Positions 60,623 to 64,000 of a stretch of DNA of 64,000 nucleotides are shown in pieces (positions within the stretch are counted from its first letter, which is position 1; every line of letters begins with the position of its first letter). The notes beneath the pieces are model-generated. The model saw nothing but the letters and a program-made list of their open reading frames with translations, did not search any database and was not told the origin of the DNA. The position numbers and the translations under genes were made by a program. Source of the stretch: Minisyncoccota bacterium (GTDB taxonomy: Bacteria > Patescibacteriota > Minisyncoccia > Phycocordibacterales > UBA918); assembly GCA_036275695.1 (NCBI GenBank), contig DASUDI010000021.1, forward strand, positions 5,311-69,310. The letters are read 5' to 3'.

Positions 60623-62344
60623 CTACTGTTGTGGGTTTGAAGTTGTTGCAGCATCATCTAGCGGTTCAATGTACGGTGTAATGATCAGATCATACGGAGT
60701 ACTTTCATCATGGATAGGTAACGTTGAGGATGACTGGGTAGACATACTAATATCATAGGAAGTATTTTGATACTGACCAACAGTTGTTGTCGCACCCAGA
60801 AGTAGAGATGTGTCATCATCAGTAATGGGAACATACGGAGTAACGACAATATCAGATTCAGATATATCAATATTGCTATCATTTGTTGAATCATCAGGTG
60901 AACCGTCACCCTCTACTGTGGATTGCTTCTCCTTTAATTGTGGCGTCTGAGAGACGAGCGCGCGCTTTTGACCAGTTTGCTCAGGATCAGGGATTTCATC
61001 AGGAAGAGAGACAGGTTTTGCGCCAAGCTCTATATTTTCACCACTACCGAGATCGTAACCACGAATTAACACATCGCCCGACTCTGATTTTGAGTCATAT
61101 ACAAGTACGAAACGGGGATTTTCAATGGTGCCACCGTCATTACCCTCGATTGTCTCAGTGTGCTTTGTGCGAATATCATACACTTTCATTACCCACACAT
61201 CATGCTCGAATGACTGCCACACAACATGGGTACCATTAATTTGTGGGGAAATATCGTGCACTACATTGTCAGTAAGCATATATGGCTCGTCTGTGCCATG
61301 CATCATAAATATCTCCCAATCATTACCTATCCACCCCTGCCAAACAGTTATTTCACCAAAACGTGAGGGGTGCATATTATTATATCTATCGAACGTAATT
61401 TGTTGTTCGTCTGTGTGCTCAATGTCATAAATCATAATTTGGTATCGGCCATCTATAAGTCTATGCCATGTAATAGTATTAGTTGATTCATCAAAATATG
61501 GCGCATCATCATCAAATGTGTTTCGGGTAATCTGTGTAATATCTCCGCCCTTCTCAATGAAGATTTCGAGATCACCATCCTCATCAGGAGCAGAATAAAC
61601 TCTATCCGTATACACAATCTCAGATTCCTCTTTTTGTTTTACACAATAATACGTGCCATCATCCATGGTTGCGCACTCTGATTGAGCAAAAGACAATCTA
61701 TTCTCGTCGTTTGTTACTGTATTAATAAGTGGTTGCGCCGGCTCAGTATATGCAGCAGCATCGGAGACATCAGTGTCACTGTGTACCTCATGTAATGGAG
61801 TCGAGCCCCCCTCGTCAACCACGCTTGAAACTTCTGGAAAAACACTGTCTTCATTTGCTACGAGCGGAGGCGCGTCTCCACTACCATTATTAAAGGATAA
61901 GATATCTTCATTCTCAGAGCTTTGATCTTCACGCGAGTTATCAGAAACACCATGCTCAGGTGATTGATCAAAATTCTCATCTACCTCAATGAGACCAGCG
62001 TGGTTATTGTCTACATTATTATCCGCCTCAGTCATAATTACAGGGACACTATTCTCTGGTTCTAACTGTGAAGTTGTAGTGTCCACATCTACACTCGGCA
62101 CAACTGGTGGTACTGGCGAAGCGTCAAATGTACTTTCCATTTGCTCACCAACATTTGCTTCATGTACGGTTTCCGTATCCGTTGGCGAGGACAGTGTTTC
62201 TAACGCAACTTCATCCGCAAAAACAGGCGCAAGGGGAAGTGCCACAAGAAGTGACATAACAACAAAAGCACACAGTACCCACGCGTAGTAAGTTATGTAA
62301 TGACGTTTACGTATTTGAGTAATGTTATATGTGCTCCACATCAT
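60623..62344 (-). CDS. Exported acidic protein with TolB-like beta-propeller repeats
   Basis: Signal ..APVFA, acidic low-complexity stalk, repeats QITRN..DDAP / QITFD..NMHP / LTDN..DISP; start uncertain. Confidence 0.7.
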   Translation of the reverse strand: MMWSTYNITQIRKRHYITYYAWVLCAFVVMSLLVALPLAPVFADEVALETLSSPTDTETVHEANVGEQMESTFDASPVPPVVPSVDVDTTTSQLEPENSVPVIMTEADNNVDNNHAGLIEVDENFDQSPEHGVSDNSREDQSSENEDILSFNNGSGDAPPLVANEDSVFPEVSSVVDEGGSTPLHEVHSDTDVSDAAAYTEPAQPLINTVTNDENRLSFAQSECATMDDGTYYCVKQKEESEIVYTDRVYSAPDEDGDLEIFIEKGGDITQITRNTFDDDAPYFDESTNTITWHRLIDGRYQIMIYDIEHTDEQQITFDRYNNMHPSRFGEITVWQGWIGNDWEIFMMHGTDEPYMLTDNVVHDISPQINGTHVVWQSFEHDVWVMKVYDIRTKHTETIEGNDGGTIENPRFVLVYDSKSESGDVLIRGYDLGSGENIELGAKPVSLPDEIPDPEQTGQKRALVSQTPQLKEKQSTVEGDGSPDDSTNDSNIDISESDIVVTPYVPITDDDTSLLLGATTTVGQYQNTSYDISMSTQSSSTLPIHDESTPYDLIITPYIEPLDDAATTSNPQQ

Positions 62345-62437
62345 AGCAAAACATGCGCGCATATTTAACCCAATGCACCCATATTCATCTATAATAGCAA
62401 CTATTTGCAATGATGAGTGACAGTGTTATCAACAGTG

Positions 62438-63175
62438 CTAATGATAAAATGACTCTGCGAGAAGTATTGAAAAATCAATAAATGTCATCCTTCCATCGTT
62501 ATTGAAATCAAAAGTAAATTTGCGCGAAATCCACGCAGCCATAAACTTCGACACATCATCCATATCCACATCATTATCGTTGTCTACATCAGTAACTACG
62601 TTGATTTGTGCCTCCGCGGTAAGCACACCATCTGAACCCGTTATGGCGAGTGAGACAATGCCCACGCCATCATTAGTCGCATTGACTGAGGTGCCATTTC
62701 CATCACCCGCAATGAGTTTGGTACTTTGCAGTATAATGCGTGCATCACCAGATTTGACCGCGTGAGCACGAATTCGCGCGACCTGGTGATTGCCTACAAA
62801 ACCCTTTCTGAAGGTACCGCCCTGCATATAAATTTTTCCATTTTCAGCGTATGGATTTTTATTCCATAAGGATATGACAGAAGTGCCCACATCTATACTA
62901 TCAATAACAAGAAATTCCTCTGGATACGTAAGTATAATATCGACTGCGTTAATGGGGACGTGTGCGGAAATGGTGACGTCTACATAAAATTGCTGATCCT
63001 GAGTCACCTTGTCGTCTGAAACTTGTAAGGAAATATATGAAGAGTTTTGAGTAGTTACTGCCGCGAGACCCGCGAAGATGGTGGTCAAAAATACAAATGA
63101 AAACGCGTATCGAACCGTGGTGTGGTGCTTTGCTTGATAATTGGGATAAAATAATTTAATGAAAAAACGTAACAT
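62438..63175 (-). CDS. Cohesin-like plus dockerin-like exported protein
   Basis: TM, F.VDV..PINAV..L.YP (cohesin-like), C-terminal DVDNDNDVDMDD and DFNNDGRMTFIDFSIL (dockerin Ca loops). Confidence 0.75.
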   Translation of the reverse strand: MLRFFIKLFYPNYQAKHHTTVRYAFSFVFLTTIFAGLAAVTTQNSSYISLQVSDDKVTQDQQFYVDVTISAHVPINAVDIILTYPEEFLVIDSIDVGTSVISLWNKNPYAENGKIYMQGGTFRKGFVGNHQVARIRAHAVKSGDARIILQSTKLIAGDGNGTSVNATNDGVGIVSLAITGSDGVLTAEAQINVVTDVDNDNDVDMDDVSKFMAAWISRKFTFDFNNDGRMTFIDFSILLAESFYH

Positions 63176-63181
63176 ACACAA

Positions 63182-63841
63182 TTACGGTACCAGCGTAGAC
63201 CTCAACGCGTCAATTTGGTGATTACTTACATCAAGTGACTCACTCACATTCTTTGCGTACGCAACGAGTGAAGCAACTTCTGAACTTTGAGCTGACGCAC
63301 CAGAAATAAGATGGGTGATGATGTCTTGTTGTATATCTGCAAGTTCTACAAGGAGACTGCTCCGCCCTTGTTCAAGGGTAACTAAGTTGGAAAATGCTTC
63401 GCTCACCGCATGATACTCCCCTACGTCTTTGAGTAGCGAGAGAATTGTAATATTTTCTTTAAGACGATCCACCGACTGTTCCAATCGTGTCACCATAAGT
63501 GCCTTTCGCTCACCATAAAAATTACCACAACTTTCAAACAAGCTTTGCATAGTGACCAATTCAGGTTTAGTAAGTGATGCGAGTCGTATAAGATATGACT
63601 CATACTCCTCTCGTCTCCCACAGTCTGCGATAATCTGCTCAGTTACTTCGTCTGCGCCATTTCTATCAGTAATTTCGGCGAGTGCTACCACATCAGCTAC
63701 GTTTTGAGAAATACTGTTTTCCAGGTATGTGACCACATGTTTTTTTTGATACGCACTAAAACCCGCACCGATACAAAGTGCGAGCGCACATATTCCTAAT
63801 GCGCGGGCGACTTTCAGATGTTGCAATAGTGATGCTTTCAT
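63182..63841 (-). CDS. Membrane-anchored helical hypothetical protein
   Basis: N-terminal TM, coiled coil, one extracellular Cys pair. Confidence 0.75.
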   Translation of the reverse strand: MKASLLQHLKVARALGICALALCIGAGFSAYQKKHVVTYLENSISQNVADVVALAEITDRNGADEVTEQIIADCGRREEYESYLIRLASLTKPELVTMQSLFESCGNFYGERKALMVTRLEQSVDRLKENITILSLLKDVGEYHAVSEAFSNLVTLEQGRSSLLVELADIQQDIITHLISGASAQSSEVASLVAYAKNVSESLDVSNHQIDALRSTLVP

Positions 63842-63850
63842 AAATATATT

Positions 63851-64000
63851 TTACGTGACGATATGTTCAACATCATCAATTTCTTTTGCGATATGTTCTT
63901 GCGCCCTAGTAATATCAGCACGGATTTCGTCTATGAGCGCGGATTCAGACTTAGTCAATTTACCTTTTCGTGAAATTGTGAGCGCCTCTACATTTTTATC
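63851..64000 (-). CDS. 3' end of an upstream gene (partial)
   Basis: Open frame ..LIDEIRADITRAQEHIAKEIDDVEHIVT-stop, 9 nt before the next ATG. Confidence 0.6.
   Translation of the reverse strand, partial: DKNVEALTISRKGKLTKSESALIDEIRADITRAQEHIAKEIDDVEHIVT

Overview
Gene-dense bacterial chromosomal segment in the standard genetic code (TGA is used as a stop). Nearly all genes are on the - strand. The gene content points to a Patescibacteria/CPR (Parcubacteria-like) genome; this is an inference from the short AlaRS, short ATP synthase delta/epsilon, the sigma4-winged-helix protein, the FtsA-like + baseplate-J-like pair, the cohesin/WxL-type surface cluster and the CCA-less tRNAs. Core genes: alpha operon (infA-rpmJ-rpsM-rpsK-rpsD-rpoA-rplQ), alaS, leuS, mnmA, mltG, typA, ychF, an eight-gene F-type ATP synthase operon (atpBEFHAGDC), tRNA-Ala(UGC), tRNA-Pro(GGG), ddl, uvrB/uvrA/uvrC and tgt. 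Most notable: (1) an ~11-13 kb cell-surface cluster with a cohesin-dockerin protein, a beta-propeller protein, an 1838-aa repeat protein with a WxL/pilin-like end, two DUF916-like anchored proteins, a Cys-less TlpA-like protein and CcdA; (2) a 927-aa Ig-repeat membrane protein translationally coupled to an orphan histidine kinase, lying between uvrB and uvrA; (3) -10 boxes 6-8 nt before many start codons, suggesting widespread leaderless mRNAs; (4) several enzymes with eroded catalytic or metal-ligand motifs. No CRISPR array, rRNA, transposase, integrase or prophage was seen. All family assignments come from reading motifs by eye, not from database searches.
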